From Polyangiales bacterium (GTDB lineage: Bacteria > Myxococcota_A > Polyangia > Polyangiales > Polyangiaceae): 64,000 nucleotides of DNA. Position 1 is the stretch's first letter, and every line of letters starts with the position of its first letter. Both the position numbers and the translations under genes were made by a program. The DNA is taken from contig JBBRLQ010000005.1 of NCBI GenBank assembly GCA_038231275.1, positions 323,645 through 387,644 of the forward strand. The letters are read 5' to 3'. The notes beneath the pieces are model-generated. The model ran no database searches. It was not told the DNA's origin and worked only from the letters and a program-made list of their open reading frames with translations. Of the stretch, positions 18,269 through 26,198 are shown one piece after another.

Positions 18269-19761
18269 CGTTCGTCCGGAATTTTGCCGCCGCCCGACGG
18301 GCCGCGGGGCAGGGTGCCGGGCGCCACGCGCCGCGGCGGACGGCGCGGATCCATCGCGGGCGCGATCATGCTCGCGTGTGGTGGCGCGAGCGTCGGCGCA
18401 GGCGGGTCGGGGGCGGCAACCTGCGGCGCCGCTGCCGCGATGGGCGGCGTCGGGGCGATCGCCGACGCCGGCGCGTCGACGACCGACGGCTCGTGGCGGG
18501 TCGACCTGTTTCGCGCGAGGGAGACGCTCAGCGCGAGGGCGAGCACGAGCGCCACTATAACCGCCGACACGAGCCGCACGTTCGGAGCGCGCTTCGGGCC
18601 TGCGTCCGCAGGCGGCTGACGAAGCGAAGACGTCGGCGACGGTTGGTCCATGACCGCGGTCACGGACGTCGCCGACGACGTCACGTGGGTCGCGGTGACG
18701 TCTCGGGGCAGTGGCGCGGGCGCCGCTGCGCCCACCCGCGCTCGGCACGCCGAGCACGACGCTGCGTGTCGCTCGACGCGCGCCAGCGCCTCACTTCCTA
18801 ACGCGCCTTCCTGCATCTCGGCGAGCACGTTGTCGTCGAGGCACGGCGTCGCCGCGTCGGAGGCCGGCGATGAGGTCACACGAAACGGCGCGAGCGCCTC
18901 CGCGAGCGCTTCGACACTGGAGAAGCGTTCGTCCGGCACCTTCGCGAGGCACTTCGCGACGACGTCGGAGAGCCCGCGAGGAACGTCCGGCCGTACGTGG
19001 TGCAGGGCCTGCGGATCGTCGCGAAGGATACGCGCGCCAATCTCGATCAGCCCCGTCCCCTGGAAGGGCGGCCGTCCTGCGAGGACCGCGTAGAGGCAAG
19101 CGCCGAGCGCCCAAACGTCGGCCCGCGCGTCGATCTCGGCTCCTCCGCGGAGCTGCTCGGGGGCCATGTAGTGGGGTGTCCCGACGAGCTCGCTCGTCTG
19201 TGTCAGCATGGGATCGCTCGCGTCCGTGGTGCGCGCGATCCCGAAGTCGAGCACCTTCACCAGCCCGTGCCCCCGCCGCTCGCGAACGATGAACAGGTTC
19301 TGCGGTTTGAGGTCGCGGTGAATGATCCCGAGGGCGTGCGCTTCGGCGACGCCCTCGCACGCCTGCGCGATGTAGTCGACCAGGACCGCAGTGGGCTTGT
19401 CCTTCGACTCGCGGGTCAGCCTCTGAAGATCCTTGCCCTCCAGCAGCTCGAGCACCAAGAACGGCGTCCCTTCGTGCTCTCCGGCGTCGAAGATGCGCGC
19501 GACGTGAGCGCTCTTCAGACGCGCGAGCGCCCGAGCCTCCCGCATCAAGCGCGCAGCCCCCGTGGCGCTCGCGAGCGACTCGTCGCGAAGGAGCTTCAGG
19601 GCGACGTTCTCGCCGAGGGTCAAGTGACGCGCAGCGACGACGATCCCCATCCCGCCGGAGCCGAGGATCTTCTCGACCCGGTACTTGCCGGCGACGACGC
19701 ATCCCGGGCGAATTCCCGACGTGATGGCGTCGCTCTCGGGTTGCGTCACGCTATCACCCAC
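18265..19761 (-). CDS. Membrane Ser/Thr kinase with an internal HxxxCxxC zinc-finger module
   Basis: LGSGGMG, VALK, HRDLKPQN, DFG, GTPHYMAPE; then HAASCSAC, a TM helix and a Pro-rich tail. Start approximate (19761 or 19749). Confidence 0.92.
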   Translation of the reverse strand: MGDSVTQPESDAITSGIRPGCVVAGKYRVEKILGSGGMGIVVAARHLTLGENVALKLLRDESLASATGAARLMREARALARLKSAHVARIFDAGEHEGTPFLVLELLEGKDLQRLTRESKDKPTAVLVDYIAQACEGVAEAHALGIIHRDLKPQNLFIVRERRGHGLVKVLDFGIARTTDASDPMLTQTSELVGTPHYMAPEQLRGGAEIDARADVWALGACLYAVLAGRPPFQGTGLIEIGARILRDDPQALHHVRPDVPRGLSDVVAKCLAKVPDERFSSVEALAEALAPFRVTSSPASDAATPCLDDNVLAEMQEGALGSEALARVERHAASCSACRARVGAAAPAPLPRDVTATHVTSSATSVTAVMDQPSPTSSLRQPPADAGPKRAPNVRLVSAVIVALVLALALSVSLARNRSTRHEPSVVDAPASAIAPTPPIAAAAPQVAAPDPPAPTLAPPHASMIAPAMDPRRPPRRVAPGTLPRGPSGGGKIPDER

Positions 19762-19828
19762 GCGCGCACAGCGTATCACGCGTCGCCGGGCGCGCATGTG
19801 CGGCGGGCACTTGAGACCGTCCCGCGTG

Positions 19829-19884
19829 AAAAAGAAAATGAATTTCTCCATCGCGATGCGACGGCGGTCCGCGAGTCCTGTCTC
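19829..19884 (+). promoter_or_regulatory. Candidate ECF-type promoter for the intact GH26-like gene
   Basis: A/T tract 19829-19846, GCGAC (19858-19862), 17-nt spacer, GTCTC (19880-19884), about 40 nt before the ATG. Confidence 0.35.
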
Positions 19885-19924
19885 TGGAAAACGTGGGCAT
19901 CGGTCGCCCATGCGGAGATAGACC

Positions 19925-21565
19925 ATGAAGATCCCTCGCCACGGCTTTCGATTGGGTACCTCCCTGACCCTCCTCGGCACGCTCGCGGCCCCGGTGGGCG
20001 GTACCGGCTCGTGCAATTTCTCCGTCGATGGCACGATCAACGAGGAGGACGGAGGCGTCGCGCTCGACGGGTCCGTCCTGGCAACGGACGGCGAGGCGCC
20101 CCGCGACGCGGCGGTCGACGCCGGCGGCGAGCTGGATGCCGGGTCCTCCACGGACGCGCCCCTGTCCCCCGACGCCGGATCCGTGCACACGTGGATGTCG
20201 GGCTTTCTCATGAGCGCGATCGTGGACGACGACTACGTCGCGCCGAGCGTCGACAATGCGAAGGACTGGTACCAAAACATCGGCACCTGGCGTACCGGCT
20301 CGGGCCGAAACAACTGCACCGTGTTCAACGCGAACTCGTACCCCGACCCCGGCCAGGCACAGACGATCCTCGACTACAATTTCGGAACCCACACCGCCAG
20401 CGGCTGGGGGCCGCCCGCGCGCTTCGTGCCTTCGTCCGTCGGGCTTCAACCCGTGTGGTCCACCTCGCTGACGCGCGGCGACAACTACGGCCTCAAGGAC
20501 ACGAACTCGGGCAACGCCGATCCGAATTTCCGGACCTGGTTCACGAAGCTCGTGAGCTACGGCCAGGGGGACGCCATCATTCGCCTCGGCTGGGAAATGA
20601 ACGGCACGTGGTTCGTATGGGGGATCGGCGCGCCGATCAATACGGACAAGACCACCGGCTACGGCTCGGTCGACGGCGCCGCCGCCGCGTACAAATCGGC
20701 GTTCCGTCACGTCGTCGATATCGCGAGGAGCGTGCCGGGGCAGAACTTTCGATTCGAGTGGAACTCCTACTTCCTCGACTCGAACTACGGTGGCGTCAGA
20801 ATTCCCGCGTCGTCCGTGGCCGCCGCGTACCCGGGGGGACCCGACGCGCATGGGCGCGACTACGTCGACTTCGTCGGGACGGATTCGTACGACGAGAGCT
20901 ACACGAGCGGAACGCCCACGGTGGTCCAGGGCAACGGGTCGATGGCATCAGGGAGCAAGGTCGTCACCGGTTGGACGGGCCCGAGCGGTCGCCACTTCAC
21001 GGGCGCCGACGTGGGTAAGTCCATTCAGGTCTACACCGGCGGCACCAACGGCGGCGCCGCCACCAACTACCCGCTCTACGCCAAGATCGTGTCGGTCGAC
21101 GCGTCTTCGAGCCCACCGACCGCGACCCTCAACGCCCCCGCACGGCGCGCGGTCTCGGGCGCGGCGATCAATCTCTTCGACGCGTGGCCGAGCGCGGTGT
21201 TCACGAACCCGACAAACGGCATCTCGCCGAGCCTCGCCGCGTTCGCCGCGTTCGGGCGATCCAAAGGCAAGCCGCTCGGCATCAGCGAATGGGGGCCGAT
21301 GCTGCGGATGGACGGGCACGGAGGCAACGACGATCCCGCATTCATCCAAGTGATGTACGACTTCTTCGCCGACCCGGCGAACGACGTCGCCTACGAGACG
21401 CTGTTCCAGGGGATCGACGGAAAGGCCGTAGGACCGAGCGCGCAGTCGATCGTGTACCCGCTCCTGATGCAGAACGCGGGGAGCAGGAACGGCCCCTTCC
21501 ACGACGGGACCGAGCCCCTGCCACTGTCCGTCGCCAAGTACCGACAGCTGTTCGGACGGCTCTAG
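19925..21565 (+). CDS. GH26-like (clan GH-A) exported glycoside hydrolase, catalytic residues intact
   Basis: RLGWEMNGTWFVW (acid/base Glu), FRFEWN, YPG..DYVDFVGTDSYD, KPLGISEWG (nucleophile Glu); N-terminal signal-like segment with Cys. Confidence 0.8.
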   Translation: MKIPRHGFRLGTSLTLLGTLAAPVGGTGSCNFSVDGTINEEDGGVALDGSVLATDGEAPRDAAVDAGGELDAGSSTDAPLSPDAGSVHTWMSGFLMSAIVDDDYVAPSVDNAKDWYQNIGTWRTGSGRNNCTVFNANSYPDPGQAQTILDYNFGTHTASGWGPPARFVPSSVGLQPVWSTSLTRGDNYGLKDTNSGNADPNFRTWFTKLVSYGQGDAIIRLGWEMNGTWFVWGIGAPINTDKTTGYGSVDGAAAAYKSAFRHVVDIARSVPGQNFRFEWNSYFLDSNYGGVRIPASSVAAAYPGGPDAHGRDYVDFVGTDSYDESYTSGTPTVVQGNGSMASGSKVVTGWTGPSGRHFTGADVGKSIQVYTGGTNGGAATNYPLYAKIVSVDASSSPPTATLNAPARRAVSGAAINLFDAWPSAVFTNPTNGISPSLAAFAAFGRSKGKPLGISEWGPMLRMDGHGGNDDPAFIQVMYDFFADPANDVAYETLFQGIDGKAVGPSAQSIVYPLLMQNAGSRNGPFHDGTEPLPLSVAKYRQLFGRL

Positions 21566-21631
21566 CTGCGAGGTCGTGCCGCTGCGCGAGCTCGAAGGGT
21601 GCCGTTCGTGCGTGCCGAACCTCGGGTGGCG

Positions 21632-22765
21632 TCAGTGGTGCGTCGCGCCGCCCGGCATCGCGCTCGGTGCGGGGGCGCCGCTCGGCATGCCGGGGGGCCG
21701 CTTCGGTCCTTTGCCGCGCGGCTTGGTGCCGGCGAGGCCGCTCACGACGTCGCCCGGCTCGATCTCGAATGGGAAGGGCCAGTCTTTGATGCGTCCGCTC
21801 GGCGATCCGGTGCCCAGGCGCAGCCGCTCGCCCTCGAGCCGCCCCGCGAGCGCCTCGCGCTGCTCCGGCGTGAGGATCGATACGAGCTGCGCGAGGAAGA
21901 GGACCTCGCGATCCATCGGCACGCGCGCCTTCGCGGCGGGCGGACCGAACGCGTCGAGCTTCTTGGCGTCGAACTTCGGCGAGTCGAAGGCCGCGACGAG
22001 CGTGTCGAATCGTTTGCGTGCGTCGGCGCGCCCGTCCGACTCGGGCGGCAGCTTCGCGAGGATGGGATCGAGCTTCGCGGCCTGCGCCGCGTCGAGATCG
22101 AGCTCCCTCTTGAGGCGATCGGGTCGGCCCTTGGCGCGCTCGGTGATGGCTTCGCTGCCCGCGTCGCCGGCGGCGCGCACGAAATCCTGCTCGCGCTCGC
22201 GCGCCTTCTTCTGCGCGGCGGCGCCGAGCGCCTTGCGGTTCTCGGGCGTCAGCGCGGTGAAGAGAGCGTTCATCGCGACGACCTCCTTGTCGAGCCGCGT
22301 CTGCATGCTCCGCTGGAGGGCGACGACGCGTGGAGTGAGCTTCTTGTCGTCGACGGCGCCGGCGCGAACGGCCGCCACGATGTCGTCGTGGAGCTCCTTG
22401 ATCTCGCCGCGCGGCGCGTCGTCTTCGTCAGCGTCGAGCTGATCGGCGAGCTTCTCCACGATCGCCTTGTGCGCTTCGTCGAGCTCCAGCCCTTGCGCTT
22501 CGTCGAGGAAGAGCGCGGCTGGTCCCGCGCGGAAATGGAGCGACATCGGCGCCGGCGGCGTCGAGCCGGACCCCATCGCGCTCGCGGCGGCGCTGCCCAT
22601 GTCCGCGAGGGAGGAAGGCGCGGCGCTCACCGTCGCGCTCGGGGCCGCGCTGACGACCGGTGCGGGGCCGCTGCTCTTCTTGTCGTCACAGCCGGCGATG
22701 AGCGCCGGGAGGGCGGGGAGAGCAGCGAGGGCGAAGGCGAGCGAGATCAGGCGTCGCGATTTCAT
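21632..22765 (-). CDS. Spy/CpxP-like helical lipoprotein
   Basis: Lipobox LIAGC; LTPEN, LDAAQ and LTPEQ motifs. Confidence 0.65.
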   Translation of the reverse strand: MKSRRLISLAFALAALPALPALIAGCDDKKSSGPAPVVSAAPSATVSAAPSSLADMGSAAASAMGSGSTPPAPMSLHFRAGPAALFLDEAQGLELDEAHKAIVEKLADQLDADEDDAPRGEIKELHDDIVAAVRAGAVDDKKLTPRVVALQRSMQTRLDKEVVAMNALFTALTPENRKALGAAAQKKAREREQDFVRAAGDAGSEAITERAKGRPDRLKRELDLDAAQAAKLDPILAKLPPESDGRADARKRFDTLVAAFDSPKFDAKKLDAFGPPAAKARVPMDREVLFLAQLVSILTPEQREALAGRLEGERLRLGTGSPSGRIKDWPFPFEIEPGDVVSGLAGTKPRGKGPKRPPGMPSGAPAPSAMPGGATHH

Positions 22766-22824
22766 CGCGCACGACGGTCCCACAGGATCGCGCGCTCCGA
22801 AAGGGTGAAGATTTGCGGGCCGCG

Positions 22825-24129
22825 TCAGTGCTCACACGCCGCGATCGGCCCCCGGTGGGGCCACTTCCAGCTGCAGTGCGAGGCCGGTCCCACCGGCGAC
22901 GTCCGAACGGGCTCGAACGTGCTGTGATCGTTGGTGCATCCCCAATGTCCGTTGAAGGCGAGGGTGAGCCGCGCGTCGTCGGTGAGCGGCCGATCGACCT
23001 CGCCGAGGTTCAGCGGGCGGCTCTTCACGTCGGGCACGAGGTAGCTGGTCCCCTGGCCGTTGTGGGGGTTCAGGTGGATCGTGATCGGCCCCGCGTCGAT
23101 TTGCGCGTGCCCCCACGCGCCGGGCCAGAACTCGTGCGCGCCGCGCTCGACGTACACGACGACGTGCTTGTACCCCGCGGCGTCGAGCCAGAACTCTGCC
23201 TGGTTGTCGTCGTACGCCGGCCGCGCCGCGTCGTCGAAGAAGTTCCCCAGCGACGCGGTCCCGTTGTGGCTGCCCTTCACCGTGACCATGCAGCTCTTGC
23301 ACGACGCCGGCGCCGCGGCGGGCACGTGGAACGTGATCGACTTTCCGTGGATCAAGTAGAGGAGCTGGGCGACGCGCTGCTCGGTTCGGTCGAACCAGAC
23401 CTGCACGCTCGTCCAATCCCCCTCGTGATCGCCGTACGAGCCGAGGCCGAGCACCGTGATGTCCTGGTTGTTGAACGCGAAGAACTGCCAGTACTCGATC
23501 TTGTACGCGGGGTGGCCGTTCACGGTGTCCGTCGCGACGTGGGCGGAGAGGCCCGTCGCGTTGGACTTGGCCTCCGCGAACGAGACCCCGGCGTAGCGAT
23601 CGTTCTCGACGTTCAGGCAGAGGGTGCTCTTCGCCATCGAGACGGCGAAGCTCGCGTCCTTCTCGCACGTGTAGAGCGACTCCGGCGGGTCGAGGTGGCG
23701 ATCGGCCGTGCGCCCGCAGCCGGCGATCGGATCGCCCGCGCCGTTGCCTGGGCTGGCGAGCCGTTTCAGCTGCGCGTGGCGGAGCTCGTCGACGGGATCG
23801 GCGGGGCGGCGATCCTCGTCGTGGCCGTTGTCGCTCGAGAACTTGTAGTAGGGGCGGTAGCGACGAATCAGATCTTCTTCGAGCGCGTCGTCGATCCCGT
23901 CGCCGTCGCGGTCGGCGGTGGTGGCGTCGCCCGAGGCGGCCGCGACGAGGCGCGCGAGGTCGGCGCGTCGGTTGGCGGGCTCGGGATCGGCCTCGCGATC
24001 GCGCGCGTCGCCGCCGCTGCTCAGATCCGACTCGACGGGCGCGGGAGCCGTGGGCGCGCTGCCGCACGCCGTCGCGAGGCCGAGGCCCAGGGCGGGGACC
24101 AAGAAGGAGAGGACGGAGCGCGCATTCAT
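22825..24129 (-). CDS. Lipoprotein with HEGDW motif (Vps62/NPP1-like)
   Basis: Lipobox LATAC; DRDGDGIDD; IEYWQFFAFN...DHEGDW; VYVERGAHEFW; FNGHWG. Confidence 0.65.
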   Translation of the reverse strand: MNARSVLSFLVPALGLGLATACGSAPTAPAPVESDLSSGGDARDREADPEPANRRADLARLVAAASGDATTADRDGDGIDDALEEDLIRRYRPYYKFSSDNGHDEDRRPADPVDELRHAQLKRLASPGNGAGDPIAGCGRTADRHLDPPESLYTCEKDASFAVSMAKSTLCLNVENDRYAGVSFAEAKSNATGLSAHVATDTVNGHPAYKIEYWQFFAFNNQDITVLGLGSYGDHEGDWTSVQVWFDRTEQRVAQLLYLIHGKSITFHVPAAAPASCKSCMVTVKGSHNGTASLGNFFDDAARPAYDDNQAEFWLDAAGYKHVVVYVERGAHEFWPGAWGHAQIDAGPITIHLNPHNGQGTSYLVPDVKSRPLNLGEVDRPLTDDARLTLAFNGHWGCTNDHSTFEPVRTSPVGPASHCSWKWPHRGPIAACEH

Positions 24130-24302
24130 CGACGTGGAGAGAGCACGGCGCGTGCCGGCCCACATTCACCACAACCCCGCGATTGTGCTGAGAGGCGACC
24201 CGTCCATGGTCCGCCCGTCGATCCGGATCCCATACGCTCCAGCTCGCGACGGATCGCGAGGGGGGTCGCGATGTGCCGCGCGCTGCTCCATAATGGCAGC
24301 GG

Positions 24303-25334
24303 ATGAAGGCGCGCGCCGAGATCGGCCCCACCGACAAGACCTTCGCGTCCGGTCTCCTCGTCGAGCTCATCGCTGCCCTGCGCGGCGTTGCGCCGGGAGA
24401 GACGATCGCGCTCACCTGCACGGGCGCATCGGTCTCCGAAGATCTGGAGCTCTGGTCTCGCCTTACGGGAAACGCGCTCGTCGACGTGGCGCCCGCCTCG
24501 GGGGGCGCGGTTCGCTTCGTGATCCGGTCCGGCGAGGCGCCGCAGATGGGAGACGGCGATCGCCCTGTCGGCTCGCGCCTCTGGCTCTACACGAACTTCG
24601 ACTGCAACCTCGCGTGCGACTATTGCTGCGTGCGCTCGTCTCCGCAGGCGCCGCGCCGCGCCCTCGGTATAAGCGCGATACGCCGCATCGCGGCCGAGGC
24701 GCCGGCGCTCGGCGTGAAGGACATCTTCGTGACGGGCGGCGAGCCGATGCTCCTCCCCGACATCGTCGACGTCCTCGCGGTGTGCTCCTCCGCCGCGCCC
24801 ACCACCCTCCTCACGAACGGTCTCCTCTTCAAGGGCGCGACGCTCGAGGCGATGCGTGGCCTCTCGCGTGAGCGCGTCGTGCTTCAGATCAGCCTCGATA
24901 GCCCGACGCCGCCGCTCCACGATCTTCACCGCGGCGCGGGGACCTGGACACGCGCGTGGCGTGGCGCGCGGGCGGCGATGGACGAAGGGTTTCGCGTGCG
25001 CCTCGCCGCGACGGTGTCGACCGCCGAAGACGAAGCGGCCTTCCACGCCTTCCTCGAGCGCGAAGGCATCGCGATCGAGAACCGCGTAGTGCGTCGCGTT
25101 GCGCTGCGCGGCGTGGCAGGCGACGGCATCCCCCTCGCGCGCGCCGATCTCGTCCCCGAGATCACGATCACCGATCGCGGCGTCTACTGGCACCCGGTCG
25201 GCGCCGACGACGAGGACTTCTTCGTCACGAAGGACGTCTTCCCCCTCGCCGACGCGTTCGAAGCGACGCGCGCCGCACTAGGCCGCGAGCGCGCGACGAG
25301 CGAGACGATGGCCAGCATCTTTCACTGCGCGTGA
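24303..25334 (+). CDS. Radical SAM protein with N-terminal TusA-like domain (Rv1681/MoeX-like)
   Basis: WLYTNFDCNLACDYC, TGGEP, LLTNG, ISLDS; N-terminal ~80 aa with a TusA-like pattern. Confidence 0.85.
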   Translation: MKARAEIGPTDKTFASGLLVELIAALRGVAPGETIALTCTGASVSEDLELWSRLTGNALVDVAPASGGAVRFVIRSGEAPQMGDGDRPVGSRLWLYTNFDCNLACDYCCVRSSPQAPRRALGISAIRRIAAEAPALGVKDIFVTGGEPMLLPDIVDVLAVCSSAAPTTLLTNGLLFKGATLEAMRGLSRERVVLQISLDSPTPPLHDLHRGAGTWTRAWRGARAAMDEGFRVRLAATVSTAEDEAAFHAFLEREGIAIENRVVRRVALRGVAGDGIPLARADLVPEITITDRGVYWHPVGADDEDFFVTKDVFPLADAFEATRAALGRERATSETMASIFHCA

Positions 25335-25344
25335 GTCGCGCCGC

Positions 25345-26181
25345 TTACGGTCGCTTGAAGTGCCCTTGCGCTTCGCACGCCGCCTCGAGCGAGGCGTAGC
25401 CGTCCGTCGCGGCGGGCAGCCATTTCTTGAGCCCCTCGGCCTCGAGCACCGGTCGGTGCGCGGGGTTCTCCCACTTCATCGCGTAGAGGGCCGCCGCGAA
25501 GCGCGCGCGTCGAGCTTCGTCGAAGCCAGGCCGCGCCGTGAACATGCAGTGCGAATACCCCGGCGACGTCCACACTTCGCTCACCGCGCCCGCCGGCGCG
25601 AGCTTCTTCTCGAGGACGCCGGCCCAGAACGGGCTCCCCACCGTGCCTGCGTCGGCGCGCCCATCGAGGATGGCCTTGAGGACGTCGACCTCGCTCGTCC
25701 CGGTGTCGCCGTGCTTGCCGACGTCGGTGTCGAAGCGGAGGACTTTGTAGTCCTTGCCCTCGACGAGGCCTTCCTTCGCGAGGAAGTGCACCGGGAGGAT
25801 GGCGGCGTGACCGCTGTCTTTGCTGCCGATGGCGATGGTCTTGCCACGCAGATCGGCGATCGTCTTGATGCCGCCGCCGGCCGGCGCGAGGATCTTGGTC
25901 TCCCAGCCCAGATCCGTGTCGCGCATCGCGATGGGCGTGCACTTGCCCTGGCTCCAGCGCATCGACTGGAGGTACGCGAGGTTCGTGTTCCAGCCGATGT
26001 CGATGCGCGGCGCCGACGCGCCGTCCGAGAGGAGCGCCTCGACCTGCGCCTCGTAGCTGAGGAAGAGGAGCACCTCCACGGGAAGCTTCGCCTCCTCGTG
26101 GAAATAGCGGCGCATGCCCTCCCAGATCGTGACCACCTTCGGGTCGTACGCGACGGCGCCGAGCCAGATCGTATCGCTCAT
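25345..26181 (-). CDS. PhnD/SsuA-fold substrate-binding-like protein without signal peptide (Rv1680-like)
   Basis: LGAVAYDPKVVTIWEG, DLRGKTIAIGSKDS, GKHGDTG, DGRADAG. Start MSDTIW has no export signal. Confidence 0.82.
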   Translation of the reverse strand: MSDTIWLGAVAYDPKVVTIWEGMRRYFHEEAKLPVEVLLFLSYEAQVEALLSDGASAPRIDIGWNTNLAYLQSMRWSQGKCTPIAMRDTDLGWETKILAPAGGGIKTIADLRGKTIAIGSKDSGHAAILPVHFLAKEGLVEGKDYKVLRFDTDVGKHGDTGTSEVDVLKAILDGRADAGTVGSPFWAGVLEKKLAPAGAVSEVWTSPGYSHCMFTARPGFDEARRARFAAALYAMKWENPAHRPVLEAEGLKKWLPAATDGYASLEAACEAQGHFKRP

Positions 26182-26198
26182 GTGCGTGGTCCTTCTTC

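Noticed and set aside
14780..21565. Invertible element or transposon bounded by inverted repeats
   Set aside because: The inverted similarity is between diverged coding paralogs, and no recombinase or transposase is present.
25332..25334. Selenocysteine at the radical SAM TGA
   Set aside because: A convergent gene ends 10 bp away, and no convincing SECIS or extension is visible.
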